Below are positions 1-11,330 of a stretch of 33,586 bases of DNA, piece by piece (the first letter of the stretch is position 1; each line of letters opens with the position of its first letter). The notes below the pieces were generated by a model. That model ran no database searches. It was not told where the DNA came from and worked only from the letters and a program-made list of their open reading frames with translations. Source of the stretch: Octopus bimaculoides (Eukaryota); contig NC_069003.1 of NCBI RefSeq assembly GCF_001194135.2, positions 24,616,617 through 24,650,202 of the forward strand, in the 5' to 3' direction. A program made the position numbers and the translations under genes.

Positions 1-580
1 CCCCCCCCGTCTACTTCTCTCCATCTCTTTTCTTCTTCCTCCCCTTCCTCCTCCGATTCCTCTTTCCTTCTCTTTCTTTTCTCCATTCTCCTCCTCTTCC
101 ACTTCTCCATCTCTTTTCCTCTTCTTCTCTTCTCCCTCCTCTCCCCTTCTTGAACCACTTCTTTTCTTCTTCCTCCTCCTCCTCCCGTTTTCTTTCTCTT
201 CTTCCTCTTCTTTTTTTCTCTTTTCTTCTTCCTCCTCCCCTTTTTCTTCCTCTTCTTTTCTTCTCTCCTTCCTCTTCTTTTCTTCACTTCTTCCTCTTTT
301 TTTCTTCACTTCTTCCTCTTCTTTTCTTCTCTTCTTCCTCCTCTTTTTCTTCTGCCCTCTCCTCTTTCCCATCTCCCCCCTCTTGCTTATCCTCCCTCTT
401 CCCCTTCCTTCTTTTCTTCCTCTTATTTCTTCTCTTCCCCTTCCTCATCTTCATCCTTGTTTTTTCTGTCCCTTCTAACCCTTCCATTTCCACTTCTCCC
501 TCCCCTTTCACCCAAATTTTCTTCCTCCCCCCCCCTCCCTCGCCTTTTCGCTTCTTCATCCTCCTCCTCCTCCTTTCACA
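1..580. repeat. Polypyrimidine low-complexity tract (CT/CTT/CCT)
   Basis: Almost only C/T on the + strand; overlapping ORFs are S/L/F/P or R/K/E homopolymer artefacts. Confidence 0.95.
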
Positions 581-1311
581 CAACAGGAATTATGATTCTA
601 AAATATATTTTTTCCCAAAATATTTCGATCCTTTCTTTTACATTTTTTTAAAAACCGAAAACATTAAAGAACTACAATATTTATTTTTACTTCGTTTAAG
701 CTGTTAGTATTTTTGAATGATTGTCAAAATCCCTTTTGTTCTGTGTCTATAAATTTATGGACCCATTGAAAAATCGTTAATAACATTTGATATGTCGAGT
801 GTGTATTTCTCATCGGAAATCAGGTCAGACTCTTTAAAAAAAATAATAATAATTCAACAAACATCATTTATAGATTATTTTGAGCAAATTTATGTGAGAC
901 AGTGAAAGGAAATTATATTAATAAAAAAAATCGGACAAATCGTGTTTTGGGAGCGTCATAGCGGACTAAGAGAAAAGTCACATATTTGTGAATAACATCG
1001 AAAGAGTAAAGATTATTTGGCAGCATAACGTGGCAGTACTGGTTAGGACGAATGCTGCTGTTATTTAACCCCAGGAAGCAACGAAAGAGCTTTGGCATAA
1101 AAAAACAAAAACAAAAAAACAAAAGCAGAACAAAAATTAAACAAGCGACTGGCTGTTTCACCAAGGTAAAAAAAAAACAAAAAAAAACAATCGATTAGTC
1201 AGTTGGACCAATCGACTATTTAACCAATTGACTAATAGTAAAGAAGTGGAATTGAACCAACACGTGTGTCATTAGTGTTGGCATAATGACTCTCCCCGGA
1301 TACAAGTTCTG

Positions 1312-1688
1312 TTTTATTCTTTTATTCTTTTACTTGTTTCAGCCATTTGACTGCGGCCATGCTGGAGCACTGCCTTGAAGGGTTTTAGTCGAAGAAATCG
1401 ACCCAGGACTTATTTTTTAAAGCCTAGTACTTATTCTATCGGTCTCTTTTGCCGAAGCACTAAGTTACGGGGACGTAAACACACGAACACCGGTTGTCAA
1501 GCGGTGATGTGAGGACACACACACACAAACACACATACGACAGACTTATTTCAGTTTCCGTCTACCGAATCCACTCACAGGACTTTCGTTGAACCAAGGT
1601 AATAGTAGAAGACGCTTGCCCAAGGTGTCACACAGTGAGACTGAACCCGGAACCATGTGGTTGGGACGCAAACTTCTTCAACACAGAT
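1312..1688 (-). mobile_element. tRNA-type CORE-like SINE (family B), near full length
   Basis: Minus strand: pol III-like head (ggttccgggttcagtctc), CORE-like tgtgacaccttgggcaag, internal (GT)n, tail gactgaaacaagtaaaagaataaaag; several homologous copies in the window. Confidence 0.85.
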
Positions 1689-1714
1689 TCACATAAAGAA
1701 TCTTGTAAACCAGA

Positions 1715-2119
1715 CACTCCCTGTCCCTCCTTTTCTTCCACTTCCTCTCCCTCCTCTTCCTATTCTTCCTCTTCCTATTCTTCCACTTCTTATTCTTCCT
1801 CTTCCTATTTTTGTCCTTCCTCCTCTTCCCCTTCCACCTTTCTTCTTCCCCTCTTTCTCCTCTCCTTCCCCTTCCTCTCCTTCCCCTTCCTCTCCTTCCT
1901 CTTCCTCTTCCTATTGTTCTTCTTCCTCTCCCTCCTCTTCCTCTACTTCCTCTTCCTCCTCTTTTTCCTCTTCATCTTCATCCATTTCTTTCTCTTCTTG
2001 CTCCTCCTTCCTCCTCTTCCCCCCTCTTCCTCTTCATCCTTTTCTTACTCTTCTTCCTCTTTCTCCTTCTCTTCCTTCTCCTCTTCTTTTACCTCTTCTT
2101 TCTCTTCCTCTTCTTCCTC
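1715..2119. repeat. Polypyrimidine low-complexity tract (CTT/CCT)
   Basis: C/T-only trinucleotide-like repeats. Confidence 0.95.
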
Positions 2120-2134
2120 ATAATGGTGGGAAAA

Positions 2135-2635
2135 GGCAAGAGATTACCATACAGCTGTTTTTTGGGGTGAGATGCCTTCTCCAAGATATGTTTAAGACTG
2201 CTCTTAACATTCAAGTGTAATTCCAATTTTTTTGGTCAGCATCCAGGCTGTAGTTCCCTATCAATAATAAATTGATCATTCTTAACAGCAGTAACTATAG
2301 ACTGCCCATTCTGAATATTACACAGTTTTAATTACATTGAGTGACTCAAGATGTTCAAATTTCTTGCCCACTTTATTAGCAAACCGCAATGAAAATGGTG
2401 AGCTTTGCACAAAAAAAGAGCTTCATATTAAAATTAACACTTAGTTTGCCAGCAAAACTCTGTGACATACCCATCCTATCTTTAGTAACATTAGAGTACT
2501 TTGTTCTGATATCCTTGACCACAGGAGTGGTATTCATTGTCTTTAGTTGGTGGACACATTGCCAGCAGTTGAGTCATGTGACTTGTTACTAGTACCTTCC
2601 CAGAAATGTGAGGCCAATATTGGAAGTAATTACCA
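2135..2635 (-). mobile_element. Degenerate RTE-clade LINE fragment (post-RT region)
   Basis: Frameshifted minus-strand translation gives AWMLTKK and LRAVLNISWRRHLTPKKQLYGNL, matching the RTE pattern W.LTK...MLR..LNISW..H.T...LYG. Confidence 0.7.
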
Positions 2636-2637
2636 AT

Positions 2638-2930
2638 CATCATCATCATCATCATCATCATCATTTAACGTCCGCCTTCCATGCTAGCATGGGTTGGACG
2701 ACTTGACTGAGGACTGGTGAAACCAGATGGCTACACCAGGCTCCAATCTGATTTGGCAGAGTTTCTACAGCTGGATGCCCTTCCTAACGCCAACCACTCC
2801 GAGAGTGTAGTGAGTGCTTTTACGTGTCACCCGCACGAAGGCCAGTCAGGCGGTTCTGGCAACGGCCACGCTCAAAATGGTGTATTTTATGTGCCACCCA
2901 CTCAAGAGCCAGTCCAGGGGCACTGGTAAC
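2638..2930 (-). mobile_element. RTE LINE 3' UTR/tail element (family D)
   Basis: Minus strand ggagtggttggcgttaggaagggcatccagctgtagaaac...ccatgctagcatggaaggcggacgttaaa(tga)n; repeated at 6.1, 7.8, 8.8, 14.7 and 31.0 kb. Confidence 0.8.
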
Positions 2931-2948
2931 GATCTCAAACAAATATAC

Positions 2949-3090
2949 TGGTGTGGCTGTATGGTAAGAAGTTTGCTTCCCATCCACAAGGTTCTGGATT
3001 CAATTCCACTGTGTGTCACCTTGGCAAATGTCTTCTACTATAGTCTTGGCCTGTCCGAAGTCTTGTGAGTAGATTTGGTAAAGAACCCTG
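2949..3090 (+). mobile_element. Family B SINE, 5' part
   Basis: gtggctgtatggtaagaagtttgcttccc...gtcaccttggcaaatgtcttctactatag homologous to 1540-1688. Confidence 0.75.
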
Positions 3091-3709
3091 CAAAAAGCCT
3101 ACGAAACTCTGAGTAGCACAGGACCAAATCAAACTATAAAAAAATAATAATATATTTAACTCTTATTAAATGCATTGAGAATCCCTTTATTTTGTTTGTC
3201 CACTCACCCCATCTCTACTGTCCTTGAACCTGTTGCGTCAGCAAAGAAGTTAATCAATGGTCAGTCAACTGTGACAAGTAGTGTTTTACAAGGGGCTTTT
3301 GCAACTGTCTCCTTCAGCCTGGAACCACAAAAGTTGTCAGGTCAGCTTATTAGATGTGTAAATAAACTAGGACAGTTATAACTTCCTCTTCTGAAAAAGT
3401 CTCAAATTTTCTAGAATGCACCATATAGATACATATGTGCATACAAGTATCTGGATAAACTGGGATTTTCATAAAGAGAAATTGACTGGCTGATTCATAC
3501 AATACAAGACTAATCTGTGAGTGGAACAGTAAAAATATGCAAGACTTTTCTCAAGTTCCAAATGTGAATTTGTCTGTGTTAACTACATCCCAAAGATGGA
3601 GCTTTGTATCTTTGTTGGAAACCAGCTCCCGTTTCAGTGGAAGATTTATAATAATTAAAAAATAGAAAAGACTTACATAAATACATATATATGTATATAT
3701 AAATATACA

Positions 3710-3875
3710 TTTTTAATGGGGAAGGCCAGTTTATGGGATTACCCTGGGTAAAGGAAACTATTTGAAGAGATCTTAGGCTGACAGGTTTTTGGGTCTGACA
3801 ATACACCATAAAGCTAAACTCTTTATGGACAGAAAAACCCAGGGTAATTCCATAAACCGGCCTTCCCCATTAAAA
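3710..3875 (+). mobile_element. Short element with 39-bp terminal inverted repeats and a decayed hammerhead-like motif (PLE-type inverted end, or MITE)
   Basis: 3711-3749 vs 3837-3875 are inverted with 2 mismatches; atataca flanks both sides; body homologous to 33435-33548. Confidence 0.75.
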
Positions 3876-3959
3876 TATACACTGCTCTACATCTTAGAGC
3901 GTGTTTCTCTGGATTTATGTTTTCTACAAACGGTATATAAATATACATATGCAGATATG

Positions 3960-3976
3960 CATGCTCACACACACAT

Positions 3977-4012
<36 letters not shown>
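3960..4012. repeat. (CA)n microsatellite
   Basis: Direct observation. Confidence 0.95.
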
Positions 4013-4017
<5 letters not shown>

Positions 4018-4169
4018 CGCACGTTATGTCTCCCAACTTCTATGACTGCCACCATCTTTAACATCAGTTTCACTATGCCTGCACTGTATGTTACTAATCA
4101 TGCTGGCTCTTTGACATCTCTTCTGTGAAGCTCAGCATCATGAGATCAGTTTTCATCACATCACTCCAT

Positions 4170-4638
4170 ATCTTCATGGATGACCCTCTTTCACAGGTTC
4201 CATCAACTTCTAACTATTTATGTACAAAAAAATAATTTGAGCATTCCTTGAGCATTTGCTCTCTTACCTAACAAAACTGAATCAACATATAGAGCATTCT
4301 ATGAAAACATTATAGAGCTAATTGATAACAACCCACAAAATATCACAGTTGACTTTGAGACAGCCTCTATCAGTGCACTAAAATATGTTTACCCTAATGC
4401 TATTTTAAATGGCTGTTTCTTCCACTTTTCAAAGTCATTACACAGGAAGGTTGTTGATCTTGGTTATAAACAACAATACCACACTAATAATGCATTCTCT
4501 CTTTTAATGAGGCATTTTCCTGCATTTGTGTCACCTGAAGATGTTATTGAAGTTTTTGAAGAGCTATCAGAGGATGAAGGTATATATACCATGGGAATTT
4601 ATCTCTTACTTTGTAATGACTTATATAGGGATATGAAA
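4170..4638 (+). pseudogene. Mutator-like (MULE) DDE transposase relic
   Basis: Frame from 4198: FHQLLTIYVQ...P*AFALLPNKTESTYRAFYENIIELIDNNPQNITVDFETASISALKYVYPNAILNGCFFHFSKSLHRKVVDLGYKQQY; DFE and GCFFH (CxxH) motifs typical of MULE transposases; one stop and a frameshift; interrupted by a SINE at 4639. Confidence 0.88.
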
Positions 4639-4986
4639 GTGGAGGCGCAATGGCCCAGTGGTTAGGACAGCGGACTCGCGGTCATAGGATCGCGGTTTCG
4701 ATTCCCAGACCGGGCGTTGTGAGTGTTTATTGAGTGAAAACGCCTAAAACTCTACGAGGCTCTGGCAGGGGATGGTGGCAAACTCTGCTGTACTCTTCCA
4801 CCACAACTTTCTCTCGCTCTTACTTCCTGTTTCTGTTGTGCCTGTAATTCAAAGGGTCAGCCTTGTCACACTCTGTGTCACGCTGAATATCCCCGAGAAC
4901 TACATTAAGGGTACACGTGTCTGTGGAGTGCTCAGCCACTTGCACGTTAATTTCACGAGCAGGCTGTTCCGTTGATCGGGTCAACT
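4639..4986 (+). mobile_element. tRNA-Arg-like SINE (family A); 3' end in assembly gap
   Basis: Head gtggaggcgcaatggcccagtggttagg...ggtttcgattccc (A and B boxes); body matches copies at 14.8, 15.8, 23.3 and 26.0 kb. Confidence 0.9.
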
Positions 4987-5429
4987 NNNNNNNNNNNNNN
5001 NNNNNNNNNNNNNNNNNNNNNNNNNNNNNNNNNNNNNNNNNNNNNNNNNNNNNNNNNNNNNNNNNNNNNNNNNNNNNNNNNNNNNNNNNNNNNNNNNNNN
5101 NNNNNNNNNNNNNNNNNNNNNNNNNNNNNNNNNNNNNNNNNNNNNNNNNNNNNNNNNNNNNNNNNNNNNNNNNNNNNNNNNNNNNNNNNNNNNNNNNNNN
5201 NNNNNNNNNNNNNNNNNNNNNNNNNNNNNNNNNNNNNNNTGCATATTAGGGTCGATCTAATCAACTGCCCCCCCACCCCAAAAAAATGTGTGCCGTGTGC
5301 TTAGAGTAGGAAAGAATGACATGTTAAAATTACAATAATTTAGGACACTTATAACTGTCTCTCCTAAAAACGTCTCCAAATTTCTGGAACATCCTTTGTG
5401 AATGTTGCAGTCACGTTAATCTTATATTT

Positions 5430-5670
5430 TTTTTGTCTCAGTCATTAGATTGTGATTATACCAGGGCACCGTCTTGAAGAATTTTTAGTTGAATGAATTG
5501 ATTCCTGTCCTTATTAGTCTTTTTTTTTTTTTTGAAACCTGGTACTTATTCTATTGGTCTCTTTTGCCAAACTGATAAGTTACATGGGACATAAACACAC
5601 CAACACCAGTTGTCAAGTAGTGGTGGGGGAACAAATACAGACACAAAGACACACACATATGTATGTATAT
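5430..5670 (-). mobile_element. Family B SINE, 3' part, diverged
   Basis: cctggtacttattctattggtctcttttgccaaactgataagttac...ttgtcaag matches the family B body. Confidence 0.75.
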
Positions 5671-5674
5671 ATAT

Positions 5675-6090
5675 CTTTTATTCTCTTACTTGTTTCAGTC
5701 ATTTGACTGCTGCCATGCTGGAGCACTGCCTTTAGTTGAACAAATCGACCCCAAGACTTATTCTTTGTAAGCCTAGTACTTATTCTATCAGTCTCTTTTG
5801 CCGAACCACTAAGTTACGGGGGATGTGTGAGACGCTTACAGCATCTAGGTTTCCCAAGTGGTCACCTATGTACTCACTAGGCTCGATGTTGCTTAACTTT
5901 GGTGATCAGACGAGAACTGGTGATTTGAACATGATATATCTGTCTACCAAATCCACTCACAAGGCTTTGGTCAGCCTGAGGCTGTAGTAGAAGACACTTG
6001 CCCAAGATGCCACACAGTGGGAATGAACCCGGAACCATGTAGTTGGTAAGCAAGCTATTTATCACACAGCCACTCCTGCGCCTATGCATA
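5675..6090 (-). mobile_element. Family B SINE with its centre replaced by 5S rRNA sequence
   Basis: Head and CORE at 5941-6090, 3' body and tail at 5675-5822, collinear and on the same strand. Confidence 0.85.
5834..5939 (-). pseudogene. 5S rRNA pseudogene (about nt 10-119)
   Basis: Minus strand ccagttctcgtctgatcaccaaagttaagcaacatcgagcc...agtac...ggtgaccacttgggaaacctagatgctgtaagc aligns by eye with metazoan 5S rRNA; 5' truncated, with a small deletion before box C. Confidence 0.9.
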
Positions 6091-6114
6091 GGTATATATA
6101 TATATATATATATG

Positions 6115-6242
6115 TCATCATCATCATCATCATCATCGTTTAACATCCGCCTTCCATGCTAGCATGGGTTGGATGATTTGACTGAGGACTGGTGAAACCG
6201 GATGGCAACACCAGGCTCCAATCTAATTTGGCAGAGTTTCTA
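6115..6242 (-). mobile_element. RTE 3' tail element (family D), truncated by gap
   Basis: Near-identical to 2638-2765. Confidence 0.8.
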
Positions 6243-6397
6243 NNNNNNNNNNNNNNNNNNNNNNNNNNNNNNNNNNNNNNNNNNNNNNNNNNNNNNNNNN
6301 NNNNNNNNNNNNNNNNNNNNNNNNNNNNNNNNNNNNNNNNNNNNNNNNNNNNNNNNNNNNNNNNNNNNNNNNNNNNNNNNNNNNNNNNNNNNNNNNN

Positions 6398-6444
<47 letters not shown>

Positions 6445-6469
6445 TGTATGTATGTATATGTATGTATTG

Positions 6470-7735
6470 GTGTGTGTCAGTTTTTTTGTAAAATATGTCT
6501 CTTGTGACTATGGAGTTCTGTATTTTTTTGTGGATATCCAAGAATGGTAATTCATTGCAGCTGGATTCTGTCATGAATTTGATGAATGAGTGAAGTTTGT
6601 TCAGTATATTGTTAAATATACTTAGATCTTTATTTGATCTGTCCCCAAAAATGGAGCAATCATCAAGGAGGCGTTTCTACTTTTTAATGATATATTTCTT
6701 GTACTCCTGATCAAAAGTTTTTTCTACTTCCTCATAAAGTTTTTCTTCCAAGTATCCCATAACGAAGTTTGCATTTGAGGGCACAAACTGCGTCCCCATA
6801 GCTGTGCCTTTATCTGTCAATATGTTTTATTGTCGAATCTGAAACTATTTTCTTCTAGTACTAGGCGTGTGGCCTTGGTGATGAAGTCAGTCTTGAAGCA
6901 TTCATTTATCCGTCCTCTGTGTTTCTCTACCCAGTGTTTGATTGCTTCTAGGCCTAAAGTGTGAGATATATTATTATAGAGATTGGTGATATCAGAACTT
7001 GTAAGTATAGTACCTTCTGCGACAGTAGGAGGGATGTGTTGGATGAAATCTATGCCATCCCGTACATAACTGTGTTTTAAAAGGCACAAAGGTTTTAAGA
7101 GTATATCTAAAAAATGACTTAGTTATTGTGTTGGCGCTTGAGGTCCAGCAACTATTGACCTTAGTTTGAGGTCAGCAGGTCTTAATATTTTTACGTACTG
7201 GTTCTTCTGCTTATTTATGGCACTTTGTATTTTGGAGCTTTTGTGGATTTTGTGCAATCCGTTGGAATTGCTCTCTTTGATTGCAGAGTTGCATATATAA
7301 TCTTTCTCCTTGTCTGTGAAGGAATCTTGGAATTCATTGATTAGTCTTCTGATTTTATTCATTATCATTTTTTCTGAGTGTCTTGGTTCTTCCTTGTAGT
7401 AGGTTTGGTTTGTTAACATTTCCAATATTTTATCTTTATAATAGTCTTTGTCCATGATAACTATTGCCCCTCCCTTGTCGGCTTCTTTTAGGATGATTGA
7501 GTTGTCATTCTTCAGTGTTTGTAATGCTTCTTTTCTTCTTCGCGAAGTTTTTGTTTGCATTTGTGGGTATTTAGGGGTAATTTTGAAATCCTGTCTATAT
7601 ACGCATCTAAATATTTGTCCTTTTCCTTGTAGGGGATGAAGTGGGATTGATTTCTGACTATTGATTCACCATTTAAATTCTTATTACTGAAGAATTGTAT
7701 AAGTCAGAGGTGGCAGTTGAAATGTTTAATATCGG
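6470..7735 (-). mobile_element. Penelope-like element reverse transcriptase fragment (disrupted)
   Basis: Frameshifted peptides EALQTLKNDNSIILKEADKGGAIVIMDKDYY, LHKIHK, SSDITNLYNNISH, GTAMGTQFVPS, RLLDD, ELPFLD...IFYKKTDTHQY are PLE RT and thumb motifs. Confidence 0.92.
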
Positions 7736-7819
7736 ATAGATATATATATATATACATATATATACAATCACATGTATATGCATATGTATCTATATGTACC
7801 TTTATATATGTACATTTAT

Positions 7820-7995
7820 ATCATCATCGTCATCATTTAATGTCTGTTTTCCATACTGGCATGGGTTGGACGGTTTGACTGGGGACTGGCAAGTCAGGAT
7901 CCTGCACCAGACTCCAATCTGATCAGGCAATGTTTCTACAGCTGGATACCCTTCCTGACACCAACCACTCCGAGAGTGTAGTGGGTGCTTTTTAT
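7820..7995 (-). mobile_element. RTE 3' tail element (family D)
   Basis: (cat)n ttaatgtctgttttccatactggcatgggttggacgg...ctggatacccttcctgacaccaaccactccgagagtg. Confidence 0.8.
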
Positions 7996-8112
7996 TCATG
8001 TGTATGCATATACATGTATGTATATTTATATATATGTCTGTGCATATGTATATGTATAAATATGTGTGTGTATATGTGCGTGTGTGTATATGTGTGTATG
8101 TATGTATGTATG

Positions 8113-8170
<58 letters not shown>

Positions 8171-8707
8171 AAATATGTATGTGTATTAATATTAAGTTCA
8201 AGAATGGAGTATATGAAATTAGATATATTCTGTGGTTTAAAATTGTTTCTATAACATTTTGACCACTCAAACACCATATAAATGGAAATGGATAATAACA
8301 ACAATTTAGCCATACATATTATGCATTGTGTATTACATGTTTACTCTGGCAGTCATATTTTTACAACCAATTGTAAAAATATAATATACATTACATAACT
8401 AAATATCAATTACCTAATACATGTTACTGAATTGTTGTTATCATTCATGTCTATCAACATGACATTTGATTAGTCATCTGCACATTGCTGAGATGATTGT
8501 AAACCTGTGAATAAATGTAATGTCAGATACTCTATTCTGCACTTGTTATTTATACTCCATGAAGAAAGTAGACCTTACAGATTTTTTTGTTTGTGTGAAA
8601 CCTAAATTTCCACAGGAGAGGTCATCCTTTGTACAATTTCAGACAGCTATTGATCACGAGTGCTTACATGAGTTAAATGCCTGGGTAATCTAATCCCTCC
8701 TTGCTAA

Positions 8708-8709
<2 letters not shown>

Positions 8710-8770
<61 letters not shown>
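8710..8770. repeat. Compound (GT)n(GA)n microsatellite
   Basis: Direct observation. Confidence 0.95.
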
Positions 8771-8775
<5 letters not shown>

Positions 8776-9074
8776 TCATCATCATTTAACGTTCACATTC
8801 CATGTTGGCCGGGATTGGACAGTTTAACAGAATCTGATGAGACTAAANNNNNNNNNNNNNNNNNNNNNNNNNNNNNNNNNNNNNNNNNNNNNNNNNNNNN
8901 NNNNNNNNNNNNNNNNNNNNNNNNNNNNNNNNNNNNNNNNNNNNNNNNNNNNNNNNNNNNNNNNNNNNNNNNNNNNNNNNNNNNNNNNNNNNNNNNNNNN
9001 NNNNNNNNNNNNNNNNNNNNNNNNNNNNNNNNNNGTGTGTGTGTAAATGGATCAAAGAGATGTATGTTATAATC

Positions 9075-9680
9075 ATCTTTGAGTATGTGACTTTGAGTGT
9101 GGTGATAATTTGGTTTTTATAGTCAGTTATTATAGAAAAGTGTTTTGCAAAAAATTCTTTTTGACTAAATTTGGGGTTATGTTATTGTTTTGAATTTACT
9201 CATGCATGTAGAACTTTGTAAACAAGCCTTTAGGTGTTTCTCTTTTGTTGGTCAGGCACAAGATGTGTGTTGCTTTTGGTGTTGTTGGATTTAATCCTTT
9301 TGCTTTGACAATGTAAAGGTCAAAGGTGCAACGTTTAGTATTTAAGCTCTTAGGTGTGTCAACTCTTTTTTCCACAAAAGAATGTAGGAAGGTGGTAAGT
9401 TTTGGCTGATCATATTTTTACTTGTTGCTATTTAGGATTTTTCTTGTTTCCATTTGTAAGGTTGGGGTTCTTAGTCAGCAATGTTATGGCATTGTTAGTA
9501 TGGAAGATTGTTTCTCTTGTTTCTCTTCGGTTTTTGAGGTTCACAAAAGTATTTGAATAAAGATTGTATGTTTATGTGTTTCTTTCTAGGTGTTCACTGT
9601 TCTATAATCAATTTGATAAGTATATAAGGATCTTAAACTTCCTGTTTTGTGGAGGGTAGAGTTTGTTGGGTGTTTGTTTA
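9075..9680 (-). mobile_element. Old Penelope-like fragment (thumb/linker region)
   Basis: Degenerate peptides NTK..TFDL, HNPKFSQ, FAKHF...TTLKVTYSKM resemble the PLE linker NPPFS...KHF...TLKVSYSCM. Confidence 0.5.
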
Positions 9681-9785
9681 TAAAATTTCTTTAAAATTCT
9701 GTCCTTGATATATGTTAAAGTGGGGGATGATATAGAAAGTGTGTATATTTTCATGTACAATAATGGGAACAAAAATATATAATAT

Positions 9786-9825
<40 letters not shown>

Positions 9826-10074
9826 GATAAAGAAAAGGGATTTTNNNNNNNNNNNNNNNNNNNNNNNNNNNNNNNNNNNAGGGATTTTCCAGTTTGCTTG
9901 CTTACAAGCATACATTTTTTAACAGGCACAATTGAGGCCAATGAAAGAAATTTGGGTAATTTAAGAATCAAGGAAGCTTTACTCATACACAGACTAGGAC
10001 CCCAAATTAACAACAGGATGGAAGTTGGTAATCAATATATTATTTAGCTACATCTGGATGTGTTATTTCTTTAC

Positions 10075-10295
10075 TACCCACAAGGGGCTACACACATAGG
10101 GGACAAACAAAGACAGACAAACGGATTAAGTCGATTATATCGACCCCAGTGCGTAACTGGTACTTATTTAGTCGACCCCGAAAGGATGAAAGGCAAAGTC
10201 GACCTCGGCGGAATTTGAACTCAGAACGTAGCGGCAGACGAAATACCGCCAAGCATTTCGCCCGGCGTGCTAACGTTTCTGCCAGCTCGCCGCTA
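10075..10295 (-). mobile_element. SINE family C (tRNA-like head plus Nin/Deu-like domain), young copy
   Basis: Minus strand gcggcgagctggcagaaacgttagc...gagttcaaattcc...gcctttcatcctttcggggtcgactaaataagtaccag; many CpGs retained. Confidence 0.85.
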
Positions 10296-10559
10296 CATCT
10301 GGATGTGTGTAGGTAAATTCTTAATAACATATATTTTTTGTGTATGTAGATTTGTGTAGTTATATTAAAAAATCTTTCATGAGTAATTTAGTTGGAAATG
10401 GGGTAACATTTAGATAATTTCTTGAGTACTTGTTTAGTGTAAAAATATAAAGCTGTAAAAGTGTTTTTTATATTTTATATAATGGGGATGGTATATGATG
10501 TAGGTGGGTGGAGGTGAGTTGGTGAAATATAAACAAGTTTAGCCATTAGAAAAGATTAT

Positions 10560-10930
10560 TGGTTTGAAGTGTTTTGGTGTTTTCAAGGTTTTTGTGCTTG
10601 CATGAAGAGACTAGTTTGGAGTTTTGGTTCAAAATTTGATCCATGAATGTTAGAATGTAGTAAGATTCATTTGTACAAAGTTGGCATGGTTTGTTATTAC
10701 TTTGGTATGGTTGTACATGTGAGAATATTTTCCACTTGATACTAAACAGTGTTTTTTGGTTTTAATTGCTAGTTATGTTTGGATTGTGATATATCATTTT
10801 TTCCTGCTTGGGTTGTGAAAAGTGTATGTTAGTTGTATTGTGTCTTGAACTGGTTTGCTGTATATCCTATGTATGTAGCTTTAATCGTAGATGTCATGTT
10901 TATGGTTACCATTGCGCCAATCTCTAATTG
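10560..10930 (-). mobile_element. Penelope-like GIY-YIG endonuclease C-terminal fragment
   Basis: ATYIGYTANQFKTQYN followed by IKWKIFSHVQPYQSNNKPCQLCTNESYYIL...LNQNSKLVSSCKHK, the YIG and KW..PY...C.LC..E...C.H pattern of PLE endonucleases. Confidence 0.85.
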
Positions 10931-11045
10931 TGGAGGAACATGTAGAAGGGGTAGATCCAAGAAGACATGGGATGAAGTGGTGAGAAAGGATCTACAGACA
11001 TTGGGGCTCACAGTGGGGATGACAGGGGACTGAGACACCTGAATG
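10931..11045 (+). mobile_element. RTE ORF C-terminal fragment
   Basis: CRRGRSKKTWDEVVRKDLQTLGLT matches the RTE GRP.KTW...V..DL motif. Confidence 0.8.
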
Positions 11046-11099
11046 GAATTCCTCTTGGCTATAGGAATAGCTTAATCAGGGAAGTTTGATCAGGGTAGT

Positions 11100-11330
11100 T
11101 TGGTTACTACATCTTGCAGGTCTAGTGACCATGTAGAAGTTCCCCTACAAAAGTTGTTATTTAACCCCAGTCTGAACCCAAATCAAACAGACATGTACTC
11201 AGAAACATTCCAGTTGTGACATTCTTGTCATTTGGTGACAGTGGTTAATAAGACCACATCAACCGTTCTGTAACAGTAGTGTTGTTTGAGGGAATCTGGC
11301 TGCTATTTTTAGCAGATCGAGATGTTTAGT
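11100..11330 (+). repeat. Unclassified interspersed repeat
   Basis: Shares blocks (ttatttaaccccag; gctgctatt...tagcag; cattcc/tg.ttgtg) with about 1010-1075 and 13410-13580 (minus). Confidence 0.4.

Noticed and set aside
150-2220. Long ORFs of 99-187 aa, and the X-rich ORFs across gaps elsewhere
   Set aside because: Translations of low-complexity repeats or N runs
3195-3345. Minus-strand PLINFFADATGSRTVEMG, vaguely pogo-transposase-like, with a GTGAGT donor
   Set aside because: In-frame stops nearby and too little similarity to call
4639-4720. tRNA gene
   Set aside because: It is the tRNA-derived head of a SINE: no proper cloverleaf end, and it continues into the repeat body
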